Under the pieces are notes generated by a model. That model searched no databases. It was not told the origin of the DNA and saw only the letters and a program-made list of their open reading frames with translations. Source: Amoebophrya sp. A120 (lineage: Eukaryota; Protista; Dinoflagellata). From it: a stretch of 64,000 nucleotides of DNA. The position numbers and the translations under genes were made by a program. Every line of letters starts with the position of its first letter. Within the stretch, counting starts at the first letter, position 1. The DNA is taken from positions 814,627 to 878,626 of the forward strand of contig CAJINV010000007.1 in NCBI GenBank assembly GCA_905178155.1, given 5' to 3'. Shown here piece after piece: positions 50,269 through 62,500 of the stretch.

Positions 50269-50530
50269 TATGAGGGTGTCAGGTATTGAATTTTCAAGTA
50301 CTTTCAAAATTTTTATTAGCTATTGAAAACCGCACTTTAACTAATGTATGATTTTCATTTAAACTTTAAATAGCTAGATCAGGGGCTATGTGCGTCGCGC
50401 GTGACGCCGAATGCCCCTGATCTAGCTAGTTCAAATACAGATGCAAAATTTTAATTACTTTAAGTGCGGTTTTCAATAGCTAATAAAAATTTTGAAAGTA
50501 GTTGAAAACTCAACACCTGACGCCCTCATA
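50269..50530. mobile_element. A-related foldback element, non-exonic
   Basis: DR ATAAG; ~120-bp arms. Confidence 0.9.
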
Positions 50531-50556
50531 ATAAGATGCTAGCGCTTGCATTCCAG

Positions 50557-53500
50557 AGCCTCTGGAATGCAAGCGCTAGCATCTTGTTCAGACGTTTTGC
50601 TTCTGCAGCTGGGTCAGCACAATTTGACAAATATGTACTCTGCTCGTCCCGATGCCGATCATGAACCACCAGATCTAGTTCGATGTTTTTTGCGTTGGAT
50701 ACTCGACCGGGCGGCGCAATTCTCTTTCGCAAGCTCCCTGCACGCGTTTGATGCTTTTGGACTTGGAGGAGGAGCTTTTTACCCTGTTGCACCAAGGAGC
50801 TCCCGAAACGTATTTGATGATGTTCTACTTGGAGCATTTCCAGAAGTTGTGCCAACCTCTAGTAGTACTTCATCGGTAAAGGTACGTGAAGAACTTCTTC
50901 TAAAACAGTTTTTCAATACACTACACCCGCAAAAAGCTTTCTCTTTCGCGTGTCCTGATTCTGTGCTCCGACGGTCAAGAACAAGCTACGAGAACAAGCT
51001 ACGTGCACGACGGACCAACAAGCGAACCGAGAAGCGGATCTTGGAAAGTAGCGAGCACAAAAATTGGCAATCGGTTCTTTCTGAAGGGACGGCGGCGGGA
51101 GAAGATGGTCGTGACAAAGAGGATGCAGTGCTGCAACTAGATCAACAGCGGGAAATGATATTAAACGAGGAGCCAGACGATGCTTCCGAGGTAGACTTCG
51201 CTCCTGCTTTGTTAGGTTTATGCAGTGCAAAAGTATCGTACTCGTATAAATGCATTACAAATTTCCTCAGCATGAGAAATGAAATTGAAATTTGTAATGC
51301 TACATTGCCTTAAGAACAAGATTTGTAATGCATGATTGCAATACGAGTACGATATTTTTGCACAGGATAAGGTTGGCGGGAGCAACAGAAACCTAAATTC
51401 GAGCGCACGCCAGTTTTTCTACCTGACGATGATGAACCGTGGAAAAAGGAATTGGCAACCGCGTGCGAGGCCTTTGCGCAGCGGGGCCAGGCGGTGTGGG
51501 ACTCTTTGTCGTTCCAGAAAGAACAGTTTTTCGGAAAATTACACCATTACCGGTTGCTCATCTTGCAGGCCGCGGTGACAACGGCCACGGTGGATGTATT
51601 TGTTCCGCGGGGGTCTGGTGAAGGAGTTCATCTTGAGAGGACCATGGTTGAAGATGAAAAGAATAAGAAGGATAGTAACACTAATCAGGTTCTTCAGGAT
51701 GAACTACTTGAAGAAACAACGCCGGCGGATAAAGAAATGGACCTTCACTACAGCACGAGGGGCAAGACGAAGATGCTTTTTGCAGACGCGGCTTCCTACG
51801 GAGGCGAAGGCGGTGGTGACGACAACTACCAAGTGTCTCAACAACTTATACCTGTTTCGCTTCCGCCGTTTTTGCGATTCGATGTGGAATTAATCGCCTT
51901 GACGTACCTTTTGCGACCCGATACGCCTTGGCCAGGTGGAGCAGGGTATAGACAAGATCATGCAGCAGGATTTTTTACAGCACAGCCAGCTCCGACGTCC
52001 TTGCCCTTTGAAGAAGATGTTGTTGAGACTACAAGAACTTCTTCTACGGCAAAAGCAGATAAAGTAGAGAAGCGATTCGGAACTGGAACAAGCACAAGCA
52101 GCGCCGGAGCGGCTTCTGCGCAAGGGAGTAGATCACGGCGACAGGGTGAACGAGGAGCAAGCACCGCTAGTACTTCGGACTTATTTGTGGACGCATTTGG
52201 GTCTGCGGTGCGGGGAAATTTCAAGACGGTCCGGAGTCTGGCAAAATTTAGTCGCAAACTGCTGGCTGCCGTGAGCAAAACTTCTAGTGCCACTTCTCAG
52301 ATAAAGGCGATACTTTTACCGAAGACGAGTAGTGCCGAAGATGACACGAGCCGTAGTGCTACCAGTAGGAGAAATCAAAACGTGTTTTTGGATCATGATG
52401 AAACTGATCTTCATCATCTTTCTTCCGACGATCAAACACCGTCTCAGAGCAAGTTGGCCCCGTCTACTCCAGCAGATCAAGTAGAACATACTGCGTCCAC
52501 CTCGTCCCTCCTAAGTGCTGATCTGGAATTTAACGAACACCTTTTGAGGCTCCTGCAGGAGCAGGGAATGACAATGAATTCTGATATGGGCGAGCAGACC
52601 CAGAAGCCGAGCGGCAGACCACCTGGACGCACAACTATCGGGCCATTGGGAAGAATTTCAAATAGAGACGACGAACAAGCACAGGAGGAACTACAAAAGC
52701 GACAACCTCGGCAAGGAGATGAAGAAGGACAACTGGGCATATCGTCCCTGCTGCAGCGTGTCTTCGCGACCAACACGAATCTCCTGCCCGTCTTGCGCTC
52801 CTTGCGCGGCGCTGTGGCGATATTATTAGCTGGGGGCGACACGACACCAACATCTAGTTCCGGCGGCGAAAAGGATAAAGTGCCATCAATTTTTTCTAAT
52901 TCTTCGATGTTGAGCGAAGTAGAACATGAAGTTCTTACAGTAAAAGGACTACTAGCACCATCGACAGGTGGACGACGAGCTCCTGCACGACGGCGTAACA
53001 AGGACTTGGAGCCGCAAAAGTTTTCTGCGCGCATCGATGAGACAGTGCGACAGCTCCTTCCTGAAAGATTTGGCGACGTCGCTGGTACTAGCCGTAGGAC
53101 TTATCCCATGTGAAATAAACCGACACAACCCATGATATTGATTACCCCATAGTGGAGATGATGAAAATTTTTGCAATTCATTGTTCCTTCTGGACGACAA
53201 GGACAAATCCAAACACACGCATGACAGTCACCAGTAGTGCTGCAATCGTGCTTGGCTGTAGGAAAATCCGCATCGGATAATTTATTATATGCTGAACCAG
53301 GTTTGTACTTCTAGAACAGCACGACAATTCTCAAAAAACGGAAAGTAGAAAATGGCGCTCATGTTGTGCGGGAGGACAAGATGCCGCGTCAGACGTGTCG
53401 TTCTGGGCATGATGCAGAGTTGTATTTGCATGACAAAGAGTGTCGTGGGATTCCTTCTCCTCATTGGTCGTGCGTGTTTGCGCATGATACGGCTCTATCC

Positions 53501-56500
53501 ACGTGCGATGTACGCGACGCAAGGAGGAACTTTGTCGATCAACACGGTGTCGAACCGCAAAGCGATCTAATCCCGACGGAGCTTCTAGACGATTACACCT
53601 GGGTGGCCGAAATGCAAGCGTGGCAGCACGCGAAGCTGATTGTATGGATTGCAAATATGTCATCTGGGTCCTCTGGAAAGATGCAAGCTTTATTGTCATT
53701 GTACATTTTATTGCATGGCCCCCCACGCCCACCGTGTGTTGTTGCCTCGGCATCACAGGTTTTGTGATGGCTTTTCAATGCGGCTCTCCCGCATGAGAAA
53801 TGCCCTCTCTGCAGCGTTAGCAAAAGCTGGACGGCGGCGCTTGCTGCTCATGCAATAGTGCACACTTTTGTACTAGGACTAGGATCTTCCACACCAGGCC
53901 GCATCACAAACACAAGTTTGCATACTTCCAGACATCCAGGGATATTCGCAGTGGATAAACCGAGATGCTCCGCCATTTTTTTCTCCAGCACAGCCGAACC
54001 GATCTCCATACCTTCGCGTCGCTGCAGCTGCTCACCTGCAGCTTATTGCAGGTTCCGGAATCTTCATCTTCGCGTAGTACGCAGGGGGACGTCGGCAACG
54101 GGGACGATAAAAATTCGTTTTCTACAGATGAAAAACAAAGAGTAGTCCAACAAGAAAACATCGGAGCTCAGTTGGACTCTATTTTCCGGAGTGCCGTATT
54201 GAACAGAGAAATATTAAGCACGAGGTCCTGGACCGAGCGATGGAAATCGAAGCAGCGATTCGACGAATGCCGTGCCGTCGCGCGGCGCGAGGGAGCTGGT
54301 GCCTGCAACTACGTCGGCCCGGCCACCTCCGCTGCGGAAATAAATTCTCACGCAGCATCTTGCTCGTCGCGCCACCTGTACGCCGACATCAAAAATGGTA
54401 CGGACTATGTTGATTCAGCACACCATATTGACCATGAAGATGAGACCAGCTCCGTCGTCGATTTACCAACAGCTGCAGTACGACCTCCACCACACGGACC
54501 ACGTACCACATCATCTGCCGCGGGGCTGCCTCAGTTCCGTGCCTTTCTGCTCCAGCAACTGGCGTTGATTTTAACGGATGTTGTGGCAGAGGAAGATCTT
54601 CCTGTGGAAGAAGAAGGTCGACGTGGTGAGCCGGTATTTTCAAAAACACATGCCGATCGTAATCGATTCACAACTTCAGAATTATCATCTCTTTTCCTCT
54701 TTCAAACCGATTTTCTGCGGGAAACGTTTCTGAGGCGAGAGTTTGATCCGCAAATCGCGCTGGAGGATGCGCGAAACCGATCTTCGTCGGCAGCTGCAGG
54801 AGCAGTAGACCAGGACACAGTAAAGCAGAACAACGAGTACTTCTCGAGCAACGTTCCCTACCTGTGCCAGCCCGAGCGGCTCCTGTACGTGCAAGAAGAG
54901 AAAAAGCACCAATTCGGACCAGCACCGGTAGAAGAACTACAAGGTGAAGCAGACGAAATTATATTTCACCGCCGTAATATATGGATGTGTCAGAATCGAA
55001 ATTGACAAAATCGAAAAACTTGTGATGCATAAAATCGATACCAGTTGGAAGGCAGTTTCCAAGCGGCGCAAGACAAATTTCGGGAGCACCCAGATCGAGT
55101 CTGTCATGCTGTTTGGGCAAAGAAGACCGCTCCTCTCATGCTACTCTGGTAGCACATTGCATACCCCTAGACAGGCTTACAATCGGTCTCATTTGCCTGC
55201 TCTCCAATACAGGCCTCCAGTGCCCTGCATTTTACGCATCACAAATTTTTCGATTTTGTCGATTTCGATTCTGACACCTCCATATAATAAAATGAACACC
55301 GACCTGGTTTTCAAGAGCGCTCTGGCGTACCTGCGGCGTTTTCGGGATTTGTTTATACAGGGGGCGAAGAATATGGCCCTGAGCGACCCTCTGTCGGGCT
55401 ATCATGTGACGGACGTTTTCTCCACGATCTCCGATAGTGGTCAGAGTAAAACGATGAAAACCGGGGAGATACAACTGGTGCAGAAGTCCAGTGCCGGAGG
55501 TGGAGGTGGAGAGGGCGACGAGGAAAAAATGATATTAAATCGAGATGAAACTACTGTAGTGTCGAGTTTAGATCGCAAAATGCGGGGCTTTCGGAGAAAC
55601 TACGACAATAATCATGTTCTTGCACCAGATGAGGAAGTGGAGCTGAAGATGAAGATGACGAGCAAAAATCGCGCACAACAAGACGGAGTACCAAGTGTTG
55701 AAAAATCTTCGAACATGCAAAATCCTCCTGAAGCGGCCCCTGTAGTCCTCGTGAGTGCTCAACATCAAGAAACTAGTCCTGGGACGCCACGACGGTCGTC
55801 AACTACATCTCCTCTACTTCGTCTGCTATGGGAGCAGAACGAAGCTAGATATAAGGCGGAGAACGGTACAGAGACTTGCTTTTTGCGCGAGAACTACCTG
55901 TGGCCAGGAGCCCCGACGGTGGTCGTCGTGGAGGGTGGCGACGAGAGGCTGGCGGGAGAGAACTACAAGGTTGATGATTTTCTTTCAGCCGGACGAGGCA
56001 CAGGAACTACTGCAACCGGTAGTAGGTGGCTGAAGAACGACAAGGCAAAGGCTCTTTTGTCAACATCTTCCCACCACCCACTTCGGCCTCCCTGGTTCTG
56101 GCAAGATTTGCGGTTCACGGAAATGTGCCACGACGCTAAGATCTTCAACGAGGAGGCGGAACAAAGGAGAGTGAATCATGCTGCTCCTGCTGGTGCCTCA
56201 TCAAATAAATTTCTTCTAAAATCTACTGTCGCAACACCTCAACGACCAGCACTAAATGCACTTGCTACACAAGACGAGAACCACGCGACCCACCAGGACG
56301 AGCTGCAAGGCGTTTCGCGCCGCCTCTATGTCACAGAAAAAAGCTACCAGGTCAGCACTTTTGGGAAATGCAAAAATAAAAAACTAAAATACGACAGATA
56401 CACAAGTTAGGACGCGTGCTGTCTACAGATTTTCTCTTTTCTGTGTATCTGTAGCTGAACTCATCTAACTTTTGTAATTTTTTTTCTTTGATGCATTTGC

Positions 56501-59500
56501 ATTGCATCAAATGTCAATGTGACCCGCTAGCATGATTTTTTTGCTGGATAGTCTCTCCACAGAGCTGATGAAGGAGCTTCCCGTCGTCCTTGAAGAACGG
56601 AATGACGGTGACGCTGCGCAGAAAAGCACCTTGACCTCGCACCGCATTCTGCTCCCCGATAAGCTAAATGCCACCTCCACCCGGGCAGGAGCACTGGATA
56701 GTAGTACTCAGTCGGCGGGTATCCAAGAAAAAAACTGTGTTAGTGTAACTTTCTTTGGCTGACAGAATTACAGATTTGCTCTACATGACAAAGAAAATTT
56801 CACATGCGTGGCTTCTAAGGGAAAGCACACACGAAAAGAGGACTTCGTGGTTGTCTGGCATGACAGGCGTAAGTCTCTTGCATGTTTTGCATCACAGATT
56901 TACACGTACACAGTTTTTTTCTTGCATAGCGGGTGGCCACGACGGAGGCCTGCACAATGTCAATGCAGGAACTGAAGAAGTACGATCGGCTGAGGACGAC
57001 CTCCCGTATGGCAAAATCGACACCCCGCGGTTGCAAAATCCAAAAGTTATACAAGTGCCGACGAGTAAGCAATCGGAATCGATTGCGATTCGTCCACGAT
57101 CTATTCCCCCACCTCCTGCCGCGACCACTATTCCACGAAGTTACTCGCAAGGATCGAATGAATTTACAAGCCGCAACATCAAACGACATGAACTTCTGGA
57201 AAGGCAGAAAAGAGCAACGCATCTTATTGAGAGGAAAGATTCCCCCTCCTCATATCGAAAAGGTATGTAGTTTGTCAAAAAAATTTCCACTACTGATTTG
57301 CGACCACAAATCGTGTCTGTCTTGCAACAGGCGGGCAAATAACTACCCAAGGAGTCCGCCGCGTTGATTTATTTTATGTAGGCGATTTGCAGCAACGCTC
57401 CTGTGCCTTCGAGAAGTACTGGGCAGGCCCCCTCTGGTGCTGCGTTCAGCGCCAACACGACCACAGCACCCCTTTCTATGCCTATGTTGCGCACCAGGTC
57501 CTCCTCGCGACCTGCCTCTAGTACGACCTCACTGACACTGCAAGAAGACAAAACTGATTATGTTGTGTACTACCCAAGAAATCTTTTGATTATGGTATCC
57601 CACGAAAAAAGTGTTACAGTTACACATTTGTAAGGCAATGCAGCAACACAAATGTCCCTGCATGAGAGAGAAAACCTGTCATGCAGAAATCCTACGGGAA
57701 AACACCTATGAGAAGAGGGTCCTATGCATATCCGGCACGACAGAGCTTGTCTGTCTTGCTTGACCTGCAAGACAATGTGTAACTGTAGCACTTTTTTCTT
57801 GCGATATATGGAGAGGCGGGGGGATGTTTCATCTTGGTACGTGAACTGGAGCAGCTAGCGAAAGAAAAGGATCCGGACAGGGACAGGGTTATGGAGTTCT
57901 CAAACGTTACATTCTCAACTGTTACATTAATTTGTCATGCAAAACTACCATCATCATCCACAAGATCAAGCTGCTGCGCATGACAAATTTGCGAAGGGCT
58001 AAACAGCGCCTAAATCTGCGCGGGATTTGTAATGGAATTTTTGCAATCTTCCCTCTTTTGCTTTTGCCATTCCTGCATTGCAGATTCATGTAACAGTTGA
58101 GAATGTAACGTTTGAGAACGCCATATGGGTGAAAGAAAGGGCACTCGTGGAAGAAATGAAAAAGACACAGGAGCTCATATTCCGCAACGACATGAGACGT
58201 GATAACATTAACGTAAGAGACGTTGATCAGCAAATCTATGTCAACACGCAGAAGGCACTGCAAAGATTGCAGGACTACCAAAATAAACGAATTTTACGTC
58301 TCGACCGCCACCTGAAAGGACATGTAGATGTTGCTGGTGGACCAGGACTTTCTACGAATGCAACTACGGTGGACCACGAGCCTCCCCTTGATGGTCGTAA
58401 GGTCGGGGAAATGAATATGAACAAAGACACGTCCATATGCATTGCAGATATGTCCTCTGGGTCCTCTGGAAGATCGCCCGGTTTGTCATGCATGTTTTGC
58501 GTGAACACGTCGCATGATGCCTGTAATGCATGACCTAACATCAGAGATTTAGATTTTTAGAGAACTACAACTACTTTTTACTTCCTGATGCCTATTTCGC
58601 ATGACCAGAAATGCCCCCGCCTCTGCGTAGCACAAACTGGATTCCTCTTCTTGCTGCTCAAGCAATACAATTTTTTTTAGAATCCAAAGACAGCATCTCA
58701 TCACAAGTTGCAACCTTCCAGACCCAGACAACACATTTGCAATTCATAGTCCACAGCATCTTCAGCCCCTCCTTCGGTTGATGTTATCATCCCAGATGAA
58801 AAGAATTCTGCAGTCGAGGGCGTCGACAACCCGAAGGGCCATCAATATGAAGATGAACCTCATGTTGATGTGGATGCAGTACACAATCTCATAAATGGTA
58901 AACCAAGTACGGAACAAAATTATGTCACAACTACCTACGATATCAATTGTAAAAATGTCTGGGTCTAGAAGAATTCATGTTTGTTATGCTTGTCTGGCAT
59001 GACTCTTAAATCTGTCGTGCACGTTACCCAAGAGCTCCGTTTTTCTGTGATGCAGAAGCGCAGTTTGTCATGCAGAAAAGGCTTCACCTAGGAGCTCAGA
59101 AACTTGTCATGCTGAGCCAGCATTTGTAGCCCCATCATGACACGCCACTCAGCATCACAAGTTTCCAGACCCAGACATTTTTGCATTTGATATACGAAAA
59201 CCTGGGTTTTGGCTGGTGCGCAAACGAGACCGGACCGATCGAGTATCATGATGAAAAAATCTCCCTCCCCATATCGAAACGGCACGTCCTCTCCGAAAAT
59301 TTGCAATGCGGATTTGTGGCCACAAATCGCGTCTGTCTTGCAAGAAGGCAACGCCACAGGCTCCGCCGCATTATGCCGGCTGCCTTTGATGCTGGTGGGC
59401 CTACTAGTACAGCATAGACGTTTACTCTGATGCTAAACGGCTAGGCCAGCCCCTCTCTACTCAGGCGCGATATTGGCCTGCAGCCCTTCAGTGCAAGACG

Positions 59501-62500
59501 CAGCGGATTTGTGTACGCAAATCCAGCCTCCGAAATAACTTCGTTTCGATATCATGGGGAGGGGGAATTTTTCTTTCTGATATCGAGACAAGACACCTGG
59601 CAATTGCTGGAGATGTCGAGAGACCCAGTGGAAGAGGCGTGCCATTCCTCGATTATGACCTGCTCAAGCGTTACAATCTCAAATCGGCTACCATAGAGTC
59701 TGCTAGGTTCGTTTTGTGTTGCATGATGAGCATGACAGACTCGCACAGCGTTCCACTTTCTGCAATACAAAGCTCGCCAGATTCTAGTAGTGCGAATTGG
59801 GTGGACTCCAGAACTTGTCATGCGCAATCCTGTGGGAGTAGGGTAGATCATGCACCTCTTGCATCACAGATTTCCATATTCCATTGTAACCACTAGAGAT
59901 TGCAAAAGCTGAGCAAGTCATATCGATTCCTCGAAGATTCTGAAAGAAGAGTGCGAAAAGTCGTGCACGGCGAACGAGTGGAAAATACCGGGACTCAGGT
60001 ATCAAAAGGAAAAATCCTCGCTCCCCATACTGACAGGTAAGGTATATTTTTGGAAATTTGTGATGCTGACTTGTGCTCACAAATCGTGTCTGTCTTGCAA
60101 GAAGGCAACTCCGCAGGCTCTGCCGCACTGGCGTGATTGCGCAGGCGGTTTGTCGTGCTGTTAGACCTACAGCGCGGACGTTTTCCATGCTACGCGCCTA
60201 GGCCCCCACAGCCTCCCTACTCACGCCTGGCAATATGGGGCTGCAGTGCTCTCCAGCAAGACAGCTCGGATTTGTGTACACAGATCCAGTGGCAGAAGTT
60301 TCGTATTTGTTATGGGGGGGATTTAGATTTCTCGTTTCCATATCGTGCTGCAGCTGGATGGAGGACGCAGGCCGCTACCAAGGTCCTTCGACTTATGGAT
60401 GTGTCAGGATCGAAATCGACAAAGTCGACAAATTTGCGACGCATAAAATACAGGGCACTGAAGGCCTGTATTGGGGAGCAGGCAAATGAAACCGAGTGTA
60501 AGTCCGTTTAGGGGTAATACACAATGTGCTGCCAAAGTAGCACTACAGGCGGAGTCTTCTTTGCCGAAACAGCATGACAGACTGGCTTTCGGTACTCCCG
60601 AAATTTGTCATGCGCCAGTTGGAAACTGAGGCTCCAACTGCCATCGATTTGGTGCATCACAAATTTTTCGACTTTGATGTCAATTTCGATTCTGAAACTT
60701 CCATACGACTGCCGGGGCTACATGTACTCGAACAATTGTCTCATCTTCGTGAACAACACCCCTACAAGAGTTTCGGAGAGTCACGAAGTAGCGAGCAGAC
60801 AGCCGAGGCCAGGCTGGATTCGCTTTCCCTGCATGAAGAAAGTGGTTTCAAGTTCAACGTCTCCTGCTTATTCGTCCAGTATAATCCCTACGACAGGTAC
60901 TGTCGCTGCACGAGGACCATCATCTTCTGCGAGCCATACTACAACTGCGACGGGACGACCATCATCTTCTGCGAGCCATAGTACAACTGCGACGGGTCGT
61001 GGACCATCCTCTGACACAACGACGACAACATCAACATTAACATCTTCCCCCACGAGGATAACGTCGCAAACGAATATTAAACCATGGGACGAGAGGACCA
61101 TGCAGATGAACCCCCGTCCCAAGAATGCGACAATCTCGGACGACGACGATCCTGGAGTGCAAGGAGGACAAAAAGACCCCCAGCAGCAGGAAAATGCTCT
61201 CGACAGCCAAGATGGCCAGATCTTCACGGTAGCTATGCTAATGCTCTCGATCGCGCTTGCAGTAATATTTGGTCTTGTCGCCGTCTTTCTCCTGATCTGT
61301 ATTTTTTCGCTGGGTGGATCATGTGGAAGTTGTTGTGCTACGACCTGTATGAAATGCAAAAGCATCGTACTCGTACTAATCGCAGATACGCATGACAAAT
61401 CTGATTCCAAAGATAAATCAGCATGACAAATCCCATTTTCCATTCTAAGGAAATTTGTCATGCGATTTGTACTAGTACGACACTTTTGCAATGCATACCC
61501 TGCACATATTTCTCCTGCGAACTCCCCTGCGTGTGCGTGTGGCGTGATGAGGAGAAGGCTACCGCGCTGAAGGATATTAGTGGTGATAGAGCAGGTCCTC
61601 GAGAAGATAATAGTAACCCACCTGCTGCAAGCCGTGGCGGCCCTCGTGGCCGGGCGAAGGTGAAGACTGCAAGAGTTGAAATGGAGAGAGGGACGACGAC
61701 AACGCCCACTGGAGGTGCCAAAAAGAACGAAGTAGTCGCACCTGCCTCTCGCACCACTGCCAAAAGGGAACAAGTGGGTGAAGCCACGGGAGCTGCAGCT
61801 GCCGCCCGGTACGCGAACTTTCGGAAAAGTTTGAAACTGCATGGGCGGGGGGCGGCCACCGCTAGTACAACCACAGAGGCTGCAAAACGATCAGCTGGTG
61901 ATGTCGCTGCACCAACTACACAAGCTGCACAAGGAAGGGCACCAGAAGTTGTTCCCCTGAAAACGGATGGCGGTGGAACAAACTCAAGTAAAAAAGGGAA
62001 CAAGAAGGTTCAAAGCCATGCTCAATCAACATCGCCATCTTCAGTGGTACCCGCTCAACAACAGCCCCCGCCCAGTAGCCGGCCAAACCTGACGCAACCT
62101 ATGATGATCAACGTGGAGTATGACCACAAGTTGCGGAACTTCCAGGACATGGGCCAACGCAAATTCCTTGTCGGAAATCAGTTTCAGGCCGTTAAAAGTC
62201 GTGCGTTACAGCAAGGAAATGTTGATAATGTCTCGAAGCTTCAGCCACCTGCTGTCAACGGAGCTAGTACTGGTGTAGAAGAAGTACCTCGAAATAAAGA
62301 TGTTGATATGGTCGCTTATGAGGCCTACCTGCAGCAGTATAACCAGAATCAGCTGCATATGGATGTGTCAGGATTGAAATCGACAAAGTTGAAATAACTT
62401 GCCATGCATAAAATGGATGCCAGTTGGAACCCAGTTTCCAAGTGGCGCATGAGAAATTTGGGTAGAGGCGGAATCCAGTTTGTCATGCTGTTTGGGTAAG

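Noticed and set aside
54944-55284. ORF reading through introner 54980
   Set aside because: Different frame from the upstream exon; the same spurious peptides (YGCVRIEIDK) recur in other family A copies.
16429-59192. Recurrent peptides such as CKYVWVWK and FQTQTYLHLI as a protein repeat family
   Set aside because: They are translations of family B TIRs.
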